Shown: in pieces, positions 27,012-35,516 of the stretch
Numbering within the stretch: the stretch's first letter is position 1
Layout of the letters: every line of letters starts with the position of its first letter
Origin: Desulfobacterales bacterium CG23_combo_of_CG06-09_8_20_14_all_52_9
GTDB lineage: Bacteria; Desulfobacterota; Desulfobacteria; Desulfobacterales; UBA2156
Direction: 5' to 3'
NCBI GenBank assembly: GCA_002771315.1
Contig: PCSF01000212.1
Span: 13,125 to 48,640, forward strand
DNA length: 35,516 nt
Made by a program: the position numbers and the translations under genes
The notes under the pieces: model-generated
The model's input: only the letters and a program-made list of their open reading frames with translations
Database searches by the model: none
What the model was told of the DNA's origin: nothing

Positions 27012-28661
27012 TCACAAAATCTCTTTGGTCAGTTTCCGGTCTTGCATGGTATAAATGACTCGCTGCCAATTCACCTCGGGTTTTACCCCAACTGCCGGTG
27101 CACTGCCGGGAGCCGAATCCAGGGCTGAAACTGCCGATGGCCCGACAGATGCGACCTCCGTGGTCTCGAGACTCACCGGTCCCCCCCATAGAAATTCGAC
27201 GCCGAGCATCGTATTGGGAATATATTCACTCACCAGCGGTTTCCCCTCGAATTGATGCACCAAATAGAGATGACCTTCTTTTGTCTTTTCCGGATCCACG
27301 GTAATGGCGGGTGGGTGATACAGAGAATCCTTCAGCATCTCCCGGTAATCGGCGGCTTTCTTACTTTTGATAAAATACTCCCAGACCATCTTCTTTTCGT
27401 TCAGACGCGTGCCGGCCACAAAGAGGTTGTTGTGCGTCATGAAGTCCTGGTCCACAAACGTATTGATGAACATGAAATCACAGAGGTTTTCGCGGATCCA
27501 TAAAAGCATGTCCTGCCCTTTCCGCGCTCCGGTGTCGAACGCCTCCCGTTGCCGGACGTTCGAAATCTGCTGAAATGCGTGGCTCAACTTTCCCTTATCG
27601 GCCAGATCCTTGATGTGATAAAATAACCGAAGACCCAGGGCATAGGGATTCAACCCCACCCGGGGCATGGCGGTGACCCCCGCGTTGACCCGAGCAAAAT
27701 CCACTTCGTGTCCCTTGATGCGGTCGTCCTGCATGAAGAGGATTTCATGCCAGAAGCTTGCCCATCCCTCATTCATGATCTTGGTCCGGATCTGGGGCGC
27801 AAAGAAAAGCGAGGTGTTCCTTACCACATTCATGACACTTTTCATCCAACGGTTTTCCTCTTTTTTCAAAAAGGCGGCGTTTTGCATCAAGTACTCGATG
27901 AGATCCATCCGTTGAACAGGTTTCATCTTAAGATGCTTTTCCAAGAAAGCCTCGAATTCCGGATGCTCCTTTTTCACCTCCACAAAAAAGGCTTCCTCTC
28001 CACGTGCGCCATACTGCTTTTGGAACGTGTTGTAGCGATCGACCTCCTTGATATAATCACTGATTCGGGTTTTTTTCACCGACTGGAGAAAGATGTCGAA
28101 GTAGTAATCGAGCATCTTACGACCACGCTCGGGTTCCGGGGAGTCGAGTCGTGCCAATTCCCCGAAGTATCCAACGAGATTATCGATGCCCCGGGTGAAT
28201 TCGATGATATAATCCACCCACCTCCCATTTTCTGCCCGGAGCTTGGCGATGACGCGCTTGTCGGAAAGCGCCCGGCCGAGAAAATCATAATCCCATGTGT
28301 TTCTGAAAAACGCGTTATTCTGGAAAAAATCAACATGCCCCAGAACATGATAAAAAATCATCACGTTGAGCCAATCCGGGTTGTTGTCGTTGTAAAAAGA
28401 AATGGGGGGACGCGTGTTGATCACCGTTTCATAGGGGTTCCCTGGGTACAACTCGTATCGCCCCTTTTCCCTGAGGACCTCCACATCGTGGACCCAGTAA
28501 TCATATAGAGTGGGGATCATCACCTTGGGGGAGAGCTCCAGAAGGTCCCGGTTGGTGACGATATATTCAAGGGTCTCGTCGGAGAAGGTCAGGCCAACTT
28601 CACGAGCCCGCTCCTTGCAGCCCTCCATGATCTTCTTGGCATGCAGACTGATGAGTTCCAT
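27012..28661 (-). CDS. spoVR: SpoVR/YcgB family protein
   Basis: MIFYHVLGHVDFFQNNAFF and NEGWASFWH are SpoVR hallmarks. Start is set at ATG 28661 (MELISLHAKK), 7 nt after the yeaH stop, with AAGGAA upstream. Confidence 0.9.
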   Translation of the reverse strand: MELISLHAKKIMEGCKERAREVGLTFSDETLEYIVTNRDLLELSPKVMIPTLYDYWVHDVEVLREKGRYELYPGNPYETVINTRPPISFYNDNNPDWLNVMIFYHVLGHVDFFQNNAFFRNTWDYDFLGRALSDKRVIAKLRAENGRWVDYIIEFTRGIDNLVGYFGELARLDSPEPERGRKMLDYYFDIFLQSVKKTRISDYIKEVDRYNTFQKQYGARGEEAFFVEVKKEHPEFEAFLEKHLKMKPVQRMDLIEYLMQNAAFLKKEENRWMKSVMNVVRNTSLFFAPQIRTKIMNEGWASFWHEILFMQDDRIKGHEVDFARVNAGVTAMPRVGLNPYALGLRLFYHIKDLADKGKLSHAFQQISNVRQREAFDTGARKGQDMLLWIRENLCDFMFINTFVDQDFMTHNNLFVAGTRLNEKKMVWEYFIKSKKAADYREMLKDSLYHPPAITVDPEKTKEGHLYLVHQFEGKPLVSEYIPNTMLGVEFLWGGPVSLETTEVASVGPSAVSALDSAPGSAPAVGVKPEVNWQRVIYTMQDRKLTKEIL

Positions 28662-28668
28662 GGTTTCC

Positions 28669-29967
28669 TTACGGAGAGATGAGTACCTTGATCCCTTCGA
28701 TGAGCCGCGATTCCTCCGCGCTTTCTTCCATGACATCCAGCCGAATCAGCTTGGGCTTTTCCTCCAGGAAATGAGATTGCTTGAGATATCTCTCCATTTC
28801 GGTGTTATGGGTGACGGAAGAAGCATGCTCGGTAATACAGATACCGACCCGATTGGTGTAGTTCAGAAGCGTCTTCAGCTCCGGAATCGTTTCCCTGCCG
28901 TCGGTGTCCCAATCGTCTCCGTCTGTTCCATGGAAAACGTAGATATTGTAATCGGCGGCGAGATTCTCCTTCTTGATGATCTCGTTGACGAGACGATAGG
29001 CTGACGCCACCTTGGTGCCGCCGGCCACCTGGGAATTGTAGTAAGTGTAAAAATCGTCTACTTCCTTGGCCTCGGTGTCGTGCAAGATGAAGCGGGATTC
29101 CACTTGCCTGGCATATTGATAGAGAAGCCAGCTGTAAATGAAGACATGCTGGGTCACCACCAGGTCGGTGGTCTTCCCGGCCATGGATCCGGAATAATCC
29201 CTTAGAAAAAATACCATGGCCTGGGACTCGAAGTCCTTTTCCGGAGACAGGATGCGATACACCAGGTCATCGGGAGAAATGAGAAATCGGGTGGGGTCTA
29301 TGTCTTCCCAATCCGGAATGTTCCCCAGTTCCTGGTTGGTGCGAAGGATCCGCCTCAAGGTTGCTTTTTTATCCAGCACCTGGCCGAAACCGCGATTCCG
29401 GTCCGTCAGATCATAAGTATACCGGGTCAGGGAGCGCTTTTTCCCCTTATCTTTAAGATTGGGAAGCTCGAATTTTTCGGTCAATATTTTTCCCAGGTCA
29501 TAGGCGCTCGATTCGATCTCGTGTTCGCCGCCTTCCCCTTCCCCGGGACCCGCTCCGGACGGTGTGCCGTTGCGAATCGGCTCTTCTCCGATAATGTCCC
29601 CTTCTTCTCCTTCGCCGGAACCGCCGGAGCCACCCTCTTGGCCAGGAGCCTGAATAGAGTGGTCGTGGATGAATTTTTCCTCGACGGTGGTAGGAACCAC
29701 GACGATCTTTCCCTTGTCGCCCTTACCGGGTTTCATGAGGCGCCCGATCCGGATCTTCCGTGGAAATCCGTCTTTCTCCCGCTGCTTGTCCCTTTCAAGA
29801 AGTTCCTCCAGGGATCGCATGCCTGTGGCGTGAGTGTATTGAGGCGCCTTCATGTCCTGAAGGACGCTCAAGTCATCATAGGCGTAAATATCTTCTTTTA
29901 TTTCCATGGCCTCATATTTCCGCAGGCCCCTGAACTCTCGACCCTTGATCCCGGTCTTAATTTTCAT
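28669..29967 (-). CDS. yeaH: YeaH/YhbH family protein (DUF444, vWA-like)
   Basis: A Gly/Glu-rich linker (GGSGGSGEGEEGD...GEGEGGEHE), then ELPNL and FFLRDYSGSM (MIDAS-like DxSGS). ATG 29967 overlaps the prkA stop by 11 nt; ATG 29907 is an alternative. Confidence 0.85.
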   Translation of the reverse strand: MKIKTGIKGREFRGLRKYEAMEIKEDIYAYDDLSVLQDMKAPQYTHATGMRSLEELLERDKQREKDGFPRKIRIGRLMKPGKGDKGKIVVVPTTVEEKFIHDHSIQAPGQEGGSGGSGEGEEGDIIGEEPIRNGTPSGAGPGEGEGGEHEIESSAYDLGKILTEKFELPNLKDKGKKRSLTRYTYDLTDRNRGFGQVLDKKATLRRILRTNQELGNIPDWEDIDPTRFLISPDDLVYRILSPEKDFESQAMVFFLRDYSGSMAGKTTDLVVTQHVFIYSWLLYQYARQVESRFILHDTEAKEVDDFYTYYNSQVAGGTKVASAYRLVNEIIKKENLAADYNIYVFHGTDGDDWDTDGRETIPELKTLLNYTNRVGICITEHASSVTHNTEMERYLKQSHFLEEKPKLIRLDVMEESAEESRLIEGIKVLISP

Positions 29968-32020
29968 CCTCCTGCGTGCAGAAGTATTCGATGGTCTTCT
30001 GGGCGCAGGTGGGACAGTATCCCAGTTTATCCCTCATGGTCGTGAGCATCCGGTCATAGAGTTTCTGGTTTTCCTCGTTGGTCCGATTGGCCAAAGCTCC
30101 GACGAGGCTTCCCGCACCGGCGATATCGGATTTGAGACGCACTTCCGTCACTGCCTTGACGAGCTCCAGATTGTCCATGAAATCGTAATTCGGATTGACG
30201 GAGATTTTTTGTCCGTAAATTTTTCGGATAGCAGTCCGGAAAGTCTCCCGCTGCTCCTCGGTTTGAAGTTCCAGGCGTTCTTCCACGCTCTTGATGAACC
30301 GCTCGTCGATCTTGATGGCCTTGAGTTCTCTGGTCTGCGGATCTTTGTACTTCCACATCTTGTCGGGCCCCAGATTTTCGGCATCGATCCCGATGATCAT
30401 GTTCACGTAGTTCATGACGTCTTTCTTGATGGCCATGGGTTCGTCCATATAGGCATTGAACATCTCCGTCATGATCTTTTCACGATAAAGCCCCTTGGCG
30501 ATCTTGAGATCTTCGAGGTACTTCCCCCGGTCGCTCTCTTCGGTGACATAATCCAAAACAATCCGATTCAGTGCTTTGAAGATATCGTAGGCGAACATGC
30601 ACTTGCCCTCGTTGGTCTCGGAGCTTTCGATGACCAACTGGATCGCTCTCCCCAGGTTCCGCTGTCCCAAGCCTTTCTGACCGAAACGCTTGGTGATATC
30701 CGGGTCCTGCCCCAGGGTATCGATCACTTCGGCTAAGGTCTTGATGCTCTTTTCCCCGGCCACTTCTCCGGCAGCCAGCTTCATCGTTTCCACCGGAGTC
30801 AGCTTCTCCGAGCGCGGCAGCCGGGTGAGGATCACAGCCACCGATGTGGCATAATTCAAATTCGGATCGAGGTGCAGCTTCTCCTTGGAAAAAGTGGTCT
30901 TGGTCTCACTTCCGATGGCGTACTGGGTAAGGATTTCCTGTAAGTGGTAGTCCGTGTTGTGGGCGACATAGCAGATCCGGCAGCGGTCCACGATGGGGGA
31001 TTCTTCTTTTTCCGCCAGAAACCGGTTGAATTCCGAATTGTTGCTGGTGGCCAGGATCAGGGTATCGATGGGCCACTTGTATCCGTCGATTTCAATCACC
31101 CGATTCTGAATCACCCCTAAATAAACCTGGATCAGATCCTTTTTATTTTTAAATACCTCGTCGCTGAAATGGATGCCGCCTCCGGCCACACGCGCCAATG
31201 CGCCCCTTCTGAGGTCGAAGCGGAAGGGGTTGTTGGTGTCCGTGATATGCAGCATGCGCTGGATCGACTCCTCACCCAGAAGATCCACGGATGATGAAGT
31301 GATCTTGTCTTTGGCGGGATATTTCCCGGTGATCGTGCCCAGGCTTTCGATGAGCGGCACCGGAACGATCTGAACAAAGCCGAGCATCTGATTGATTTTT
31401 CCATTGGAATAGGTCCGGATGTCATTCAAGATATACGCGGAGCATGCACCCAGGGGACGGTAATTTTCATACAGGATCTCGATTTCCCTTTCTGTAAACT
31501 CGGCCGTTTTGGCGAGGAATTCTTTGTTGGCCGATTCCTCCTCGAACAGGTTCATGGCCAAAATCATCGGATCTTCATAAGTCTGGGACTCGATGGCGGA
31601 TAGTTTCCCGTATCCACTGATTTGGTCCATGCCTTTAAACCGGAAGGTGTACTTGCGATTTTTTTCCTCGGAAAGAAAGCGCCGGTACAAGGCGCAGACG
31701 TACTCGATGAAATATGTCTTTCCGTTGCCCGGCTCCCCGACGAGCACAAAAGCCATCTCCTTGGAAGAGCCCCCTTCGGCCGCATCCTTGACGAAAGAAA
31801 CAAAACTGTTGATCTCGTCATACAGGCCGACGATGTGCCGTTTCCCGGATCGAAAGATCTTAAAATCATAGGTAGTCCTGCCGTTCACTACCACCTTCTC
31901 GATCTTGTCCTCCAGGATCATGCGTGAAACGCCCTGGAAAGCGTTCTCAAAGGATCGTTCCTGATTTTTAATCGCTTTCAGGTGCTCTACCAAGGGATTT
32001 TCCGTGTTGTTTTTGATCAT
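29957..32020 (-). CDS. prkA: PrkA/YeaG family serine protein kinase / AAA+ protein
   Basis: Walker A is FVLVGEPGNGKTYF. GGIHFSDEVFKNKKDLIQVYLGVIQNRVIE...LILATSNNSEFNRF...DRCRICYV is collinear with E. coli YeaG (GIMEFVEMFKAPIKVLHPLL...IILAHSNESEW...DRVYIVKV). It is the first gene of the prkA-yeaH-spoVR operon. Confidence 0.9.
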   Translation of the reverse strand: MIKNNTENPLVEHLKAIKNQERSFENAFQGVSRMILEDKIEKVVVNGRTTYDFKIFRSGKRHIVGLYDEINSFVSFVKDAAEGGSSKEMAFVLVGEPGNGKTYFIEYVCALYRRFLSEEKNRKYTFRFKGMDQISGYGKLSAIESQTYEDPMILAMNLFEEESANKEFLAKTAEFTEREIEILYENYRPLGACSAYILNDIRTYSNGKINQMLGFVQIVPVPLIESLGTITGKYPAKDKITSSSVDLLGEESIQRMLHITDTNNPFRFDLRRGALARVAGGGIHFSDEVFKNKKDLIQVYLGVIQNRVIEIDGYKWPIDTLILATSNNSEFNRFLAEKEESPIVDRCRICYVAHNTDYHLQEILTQYAIGSETKTTFSKEKLHLDPNLNYATSVAVILTRLPRSEKLTPVETMKLAAGEVAGEKSIKTLAEVIDTLGQDPDITKRFGQKGLGQRNLGRAIQLVIESSETNEGKCMFAYDIFKALNRIVLDYVTEESDRGKYLEDLKIAKGLYREKIMTEMFNAYMDEPMAIKKDVMNYVNMIIGIDAENLGPDKMWKYKDPQTRELKAIKIDERFIKSVEERLELQTEEQRETFRTAIRKIYGQKISVNPNYDFMDNLELVKAVTEVRLKSDIAGAGSLVGALANRTNEENQKLYDRMLTTMRDKLGYCPTCAQKTIEYFCTQEDEN

Positions 32021-32178
32021 AGCGCCCCCGATGATGGTTGATGGGTTTAAAAAACGCGCCGGTGGAAAAAATGAAAAAGCGGAATAATTTTTCTTATATC
32101 ACTCAAAACGATAATGCAATAAAAACCGGTTGAGCGGCCATTAGCTGCCATAAACGCTCCGGGCTTAGCACATATGCA

Positions 32179-32221
32179 TTGACAGGTCTATTGTTAACCG
32201 ATATAAATGCTCAGGTTAACA
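32179..32221 (+). promoter_or_regulatory. birA promoter with BirA operator (bioO)
   Basis: TTGACA (32179-32184), 17 nt, TATAAA (32202-32207). The inverted repeat TGTTAACC (32192-32199), 14 nt, GGTTAACA (32214-32221) matches the conserved BirA-box architecture TGTnAAC-N14/15-GTTnACA. It overlaps the -10 and ends on the A of the ATG. Confidence 0.75.
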
Positions 32222-33141
32222 TGAAAGCGCAGATTCTTTCCATTTTAAGAGGCTCTGCAGAAGCGGTCTCCGGTGAAAGCATAGGCACCCGTCTGGGAGT
32301 ATCCCGAGTGGCGATTTTCAAGCAGATCGGTAAGCTCCGGGAGTTGGGGTATAATATCGTCTCCACTCCCTCCGGATATCAACTGCGTTACGAACCGGAT
32401 ACCCTGTTTCCTTGGGCGTTTCCCGGGCGGGAAGACCGAATGCATTATTTCCCTGAAACCGGCTCCACGATGGAGTTGGCCAGGAAATTGGCCCGGGAAG
32501 GATGCCCCTCTTTAACCGTAGTGACGGCCGATATCCAGACCCGAGGTCGGGGACGCCTGGACCGCCTGTGGCAGTCGGAGGAGGGTGGTCTTTATTTTAC
32601 CGTTGTGACAAGACCCCGCCTGACCCCGGATGCCTGCCACCAGGTTATTTTTGTTGCCTCATGGATCGTTGCTTTTCTCCTTTCTGAAATGTACGCAATC
32701 GATGCCCGCCTGAAGTGGCCTAATGACGTCCTGGTACAAGGAAAAAAAATCGCGGGCATGCTCTCAGAGATAGAGGCCGAATCCGACCAGGTCTTGTACG
32801 TGAATATCGGTATCGGCATCAACATGAACAATGACGTATCCGGTGTAACTTCACCGGCAACCTCCGTTAAGACGATCCTTGGAAGCAGGGTGTCGAGACG
32901 CGATTTCTTCGCCGGATTCCTGGATGCCCTCGAAAAGCACCTGGGAAAAGAAGACTTTTTCGGGGTTCTTTCCCGATGGAAACATATGTCCGACACCCTT
33001 CACCGACCGGTGCGCATCGTCACCCTGAAAGAAACCATCGAGGGAGTTGCCGAGGACATCGATGCCGACGGTGCACTGGTTGTCCGGCAGAAAAGCGGTA
33101 AATCACGCAGGATCGTTTACGGAGATTGCTTTCATGCCTGA
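32221..33141 (+). CDS. birA: Bifunctional biotin-[acetyl-CoA-carboxylase] ligase / biotin operon repressor
   Basis: N-terminal wHTH (MKAQILSILRGSAEAVSGESIGTRLGVSRVAIFKQIGKLRELGY) and ligase motifs (QTRGRGRLDRLW, KWPNDV, KIAGML). The track start at 32179 is a TTG that coincides with the -35 box, so ATG 32221 is used. Confidence 0.9.
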   Translation: MKAQILSILRGSAEAVSGESIGTRLGVSRVAIFKQIGKLRELGYNIVSTPSGYQLRYEPDTLFPWAFPGREDRMHYFPETGSTMELARKLAREGCPSLTVVTADIQTRGRGRLDRLWQSEEGGLYFTVVTRPRLTPDACHQVIFVASWIVAFLLSEMYAIDARLKWPNDVLVQGKKIAGMLSEIEAESDQVLYVNIGIGINMNNDVSGVTSPATSVKTILGSRVSRRDFFAGFLDALEKHLGKEDFFGVLSRWKHMSDTLHRPVRIVTLKETIEGVAEDIDADGALVVRQKSGKSRRIVYGDCFHA

Positions 33142-33703
33142 ATACAGGCTTAAAAAAATGGTTTTTGCATCCCTTTGCGCCGCCCTGACGGCGGCCGGCG
33201 CCTTTGTCGCCATCCCTGTCGGACCGGTGCCCATCGTGCTGCAGAATTTTTTCGTCCTGTTGACCGGGCTGCTCCTTGGCAGCCGATGGGGAACAGCAAG
33301 CATGGGTGTGTATCTCGCTGCCGGGGTTCTAGGGCTCCCGGTTTTTGCGGGTGGCACCGGAGGGATCGGACGGTTCATGGGTCCCACCGGTGGTTATCTG
33401 ATCGGGTATCTCCCGGCCGTTTTCCTGGTCGGTCGCATCTCCGAAATGGCTCATGCCCGTCTGGCCGGCGATGTGTTTGCAGGGATCTGCGGTTCCGCTG
33501 TCGTATATGCTTTCGGTATTGTTTGGCTTTCTTTTATTACGCGCATGAACTTGGAAAAGGCTTTGGCCATCGGATTTTTTCCCTTTATAATCGGAGACGC
33601 CATAAAAATTGTTGCAGCGGCAGCGGCGGCACGGGTGCTTCGGCCTGTTGTGGGTACGTCTTCAGAATCTATTTCCAGCAATACTTCTTCGAGCTTTCCT
33701 TGA
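33134..33703 (+). CDS. bioY: Biotin transporter S-component BioY
   Basis: AIPVGPVPIVLQNFFVLLTGLLLG...GPTGGYLIGY...FPFIIGDAIK is the BioY signature. ATG 33134 overlaps the birA stop by 8 nt. Confidence 0.9.
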   Translation: MPEYRLKKMVFASLCAALTAAGAFVAIPVGPVPIVLQNFFVLLTGLLLGSRWGTASMGVYLAAGVLGLPVFAGGTGGIGRFMGPTGGYLIGYLPAVFLVGRISEMAHARLAGDVFAGICGSAVVYAFGIVWLSFITRMNLEKALAIGFFPFIIGDAIKIVAAAAAARVLRPVVGTSSESISSNTSSSFP

Positions 33704-34476
33704 AGCACAATCAAATCGCATCGGCGAACCCCATCATCGAAATCCGAAACCTTTTTTACCGGTTTCCGGACGGCAGTTTGGGGCTTCGGGATGTGAACCT
33801 GACGATCGACCAGGGAACACTAGTAGTGATCGCCGGAGAAAATGGATCCGGGAAGACCACACTCCTGAAGCACCTCAATGCCCTGCTTCGACCTACCCAT
33901 GGAACGATTTTCGTCGAAGGGGAAGACACGGTCAAAAATCCCCTTAAGACCCGGCAGAAAGTCGGCCTGGTATTCCAGAACCCGGATCATCAGATCGTCG
34001 GGGAAACCGTTTTCGATGATGTGGCCTTCGGCCCGAAAAACCTCATGCTGGACCCCGATACCGTCAAAGAGCGTGTTGATGCTGCACTGCGCATTGTTTC
34101 CCTTTCCCATCAAACCGACCGGCAGCCTCATCTGCTTTCGGGGGGAGAAAAGCGGCGGCTGGCCATTGCAGGTGTTCTGGCCATGAAGCCCAGGGTGCTG
34201 GCGCTGGACGAACCCTTTTCAAGCCTCGACTACGCCGGGATCCGAGAGGTGTTGCGCCAAATTTTGGATCTCCACCGGTTGGGATGCACCGTGGTGGTAA
34301 CAACCCACGATGTGGAAAAGATCATTGCTCACGCCGATCGGTTGGTGGTGCTCAAAAACGGATCAGTGGCTGCCGATGGTCCGCCGGAGCGAATCGCCCT
34401 TGAGCTTGAACGATTCGGCGTCCGTATTCCTTGCGCTATCCGTATGGGAAAAGGTTTCGAGTCATGGCTCAATTGA
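33700..34476 (+). CDS. ECF transporter ATPase component (BioM/EcfA/CbiO type)
   Basis: Walker A GENGSGKTT, signature LSGGEKRRLAIAG, and Walker B VLALDEPFSSLD. There is no ATG between the bioY stop and the ABC domain. The TTG at 33700 overlaps the bioY TGA as TTGA. The 5' 525 nt of the 433-aa track ORF are out-of-frame read-through of bioY. Confidence 0.85.
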   Translation: MKHNQIASANPIIEIRNLFYRFPDGSLGLRDVNLTIDQGTLVVIAGENGSGKTTLLKHLNALLRPTHGTIFVEGEDTVKNPLKTRQKVGLVFQNPDHQIVGETVFDDVAFGPKNLMLDPDTVKERVDAALRIVSLSHQTDRQPHLLSGGEKRRLAIAGVLAMKPRVLALDEPFSSLDYAGIREVLRQILDLHRLGCTVVVTTHDVEKIIAHADRLVVLKNGSVAADGPPERIALELERFGVRIPCAIRMGKGFESWLN

Positions 34477-35219
34477 GCATTTTGACCTTTCGTCCCGGCA
34501 AAACCCTGATGCATCGGCTGGACACCCGATGCAAACTCCTTTCATTCATCATCCTCAGCCTCACGGCTTTGAATGCCGAGCTCAGGGGCCTTTTAATCCT
34601 CAGCCTTTTTACCTTAAGCCTCATGGGCGTTTCCCGGCTCTTTTCATTAGGCCTGTGTTTAAAACTGAGGCGTCTGTTTTTTTTCCTGGTTTTTGTGTGG
34701 CTTGCCCGATCCCTTTTTACTCAGGGAACCCCCTTGATTTCCGTTTCGTTTTTAACCTTCACCTGGGAAGGAGCCGCCGATGGCGCGCTCATCTGCTACC
34801 GCATGACGCTCGTCGTTTTCTTATCTCTGGTCTACACCGCTACCACAAAGCCGTCTCGGACCCGTGAAGCCTTGCACCGCATGCTGAGGCCGTTTCCATT
34901 CGTACCCGGAAAGCAGATTGCCGACATGATGGGGCTGATGACTCGGTTTGTTCCCTTTATCCTGGATCGAATCGGCGAAACCGCCGAGAGCCAACGTGCA
35001 AGATGCGTTGAAAACCGAAAAAATCCCATATATCGGATCAAAAGCCTTGCGGTTCCCCTCCTGCAAGGGCTTTTTGTCGATGCCCATTTCCTCTCCGAAG
35101 CCATGGAAGCCCGGTGTTATGCCCAAAACCAGACGCCGGTTCCCATGCCGCTTGACAGAACGGGTTGGATCGGGCTTTCCGCCGTCTTTTTTCTATGCCT
35201 GCTGTGCATGATGCCCTGA
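34464..35219 (+). CDS. ECF transporter transmembrane T-component (BioN/EcfT/CbiQ type)
   Basis: A polytopic membrane protein starting MAQLSILTFRPGKTLMHRLDTRCKL, as in CbiQ/EcfT, with a conserved ARCYxxxxxR-like region (MEARCY). Its start overlaps the ATPase gene by 13 nt. Confidence 0.8.
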   Translation: MAQLSILTFRPGKTLMHRLDTRCKLLSFIILSLTALNAELRGLLILSLFTLSLMGVSRLFSLGLCLKLRRLFFFLVFVWLARSLFTQGTPLISVSFLTFTWEGAADGALICYRMTLVVFLSLVYTATTKPSRTREALHRMLRPFPFVPGKQIADMMGLMTRFVPFILDRIGETAESQRARCVENRKNPIYRIKSLAVPLLQGLFVDAHFLSEAMEARCYAQNQTPVPMPLDRTGWIGLSAVFFLCLLCMMP

Positions 35220-35301
35220 AGTTTCTTGACGAGCACAGACAAGTTGAGGCAGAATAAGATGATTTCATTTTCCGGCCACCCCTAAAATTGAAGGAACGAA
35301 T

Positions 35302-35516
35302 GTGCTGAAAATCATGATCATCGGCGCCGGCGAGGTGGGATTCAACGTGGCCAACCGCCTGGCCCATGAAAATAAAAATGTGGTGATCATAGACAAGAAC
35401 CCGGAGGCCATCCGCAGAATATCCGACTCTCTGGATGTTCAGGCGATAGTGGGCGCGGGAAACAGCCCCGTTATCCTGGAAGAAGCCGGCATCCGGGGAA
35501 CGGAGATTCTCCTGGC
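35302..35516 (+). CDS. trkA: Trk potassium uptake system NAD-binding protein TrkA, N-terminal fragment
   Basis: Translation is VLKIMIIGAGEVGFNVANRLAHENKNVVIIDKNPEAI..., a Rossmann GxGxxG as in TrkA-N. The GTG at 35302 is preceded by AAGGA; ATG 35314 is an alternative. The gene runs off the right edge. Confidence 0.8.
   Translation, partial: MLKIMIIGAGEVGFNVANRLAHENKNVVIIDKNPEAIRRISDSLDVQAIVGAGNSPVILEEAGIRGTEILL

Noticed and set aside
27708-28508. 266-aa plus-strand ORF, and similarly 29906-30736 (276 aa)
   Set aside because: They are shadow ORFs antisense to spoVR and to prkA/yeaH respectively.
32133-32150. Sigma54-like element TGGCAG-N5-GGCC on the minus strand upstream of prkA
   Set aside because: The -12 element does not match TTGC and the GG/GC spacing is off by one. 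Sigma54 promoters do not tolerate that.
33175-33699. 5' portion of the 433-aa track ORF (33175-34476)
   Set aside because: It overlaps bioY out of frame and is Arg/Cys-rich nonsense. The ABC ATPase homology begins only after the bioY stop, so the CDS is started at TTG 33700.
1-35516. CRISPR arrays, rRNA genes, transposase or integrase genes, prophage genes
   Set aside because: I saw no regularly spaced direct repeats, no rRNA-like sequence and no ORF with transposase or integrase motifs on either strand.

Overview
35.5-kb chromosomal window with about 35 protein genes, one tRNA and no rRNA or CRISPR array. Gene content and several motifs point to an anaerobic Desulfobacterota (deltaproteobacterial) genome; this lineage call is inference only. 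Left third, minus strand: a translation and housekeeping block of rho-rpmE-prfA-prmC followed by rpsB-tsf-pyrH (pyrH cut by the window edge). Then come coaE, a CCA-adding/poly(A) polymerase-family enzyme, adk, rpsU, folC and tRNA-Arg(CCG). Middle: a signalling neighbourhood. It holds a hybrid histidine kinase preceded by a tandem-FHA protein, a divergently transcribed atypical Hanks-type Ser/Thr kinase-like protein, two orphan lipoproteins and a divergent Tpt1/KptA-like protein. Next are hemL, a CobB-type sirtuin, an AbiEi/AbiEii type IV toxin-antitoxin pair with a palindromic operator, a PaaI thioesterase and mpl. Right third: a prkA-yeaH(DUF444)-spoVR operon extended by a second, divergent PrkA paralog. 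It is followed by a birA-bioY-ecfA-ecfT operon under a textbook BirA operator, and the start of trkA. The main unexplained structure is a family of four short intergenic MITE-like repeats sharing GTAAAAAG...CTTTTTAC inverted termini. Two copies share an identical 21-mer end, and two are flanked by 9-bp and 11-bp direct repeats. No single clearly novel multi-gene system can be proven from sequence alone. The best candidates for follow-up are the four-gene PrkA cluster, the FHA/kinase/histidine-kinase/Tpt1-like neighbourhood and the repeat family. All homology calls come from reading motifs in the translations, not from database searches.
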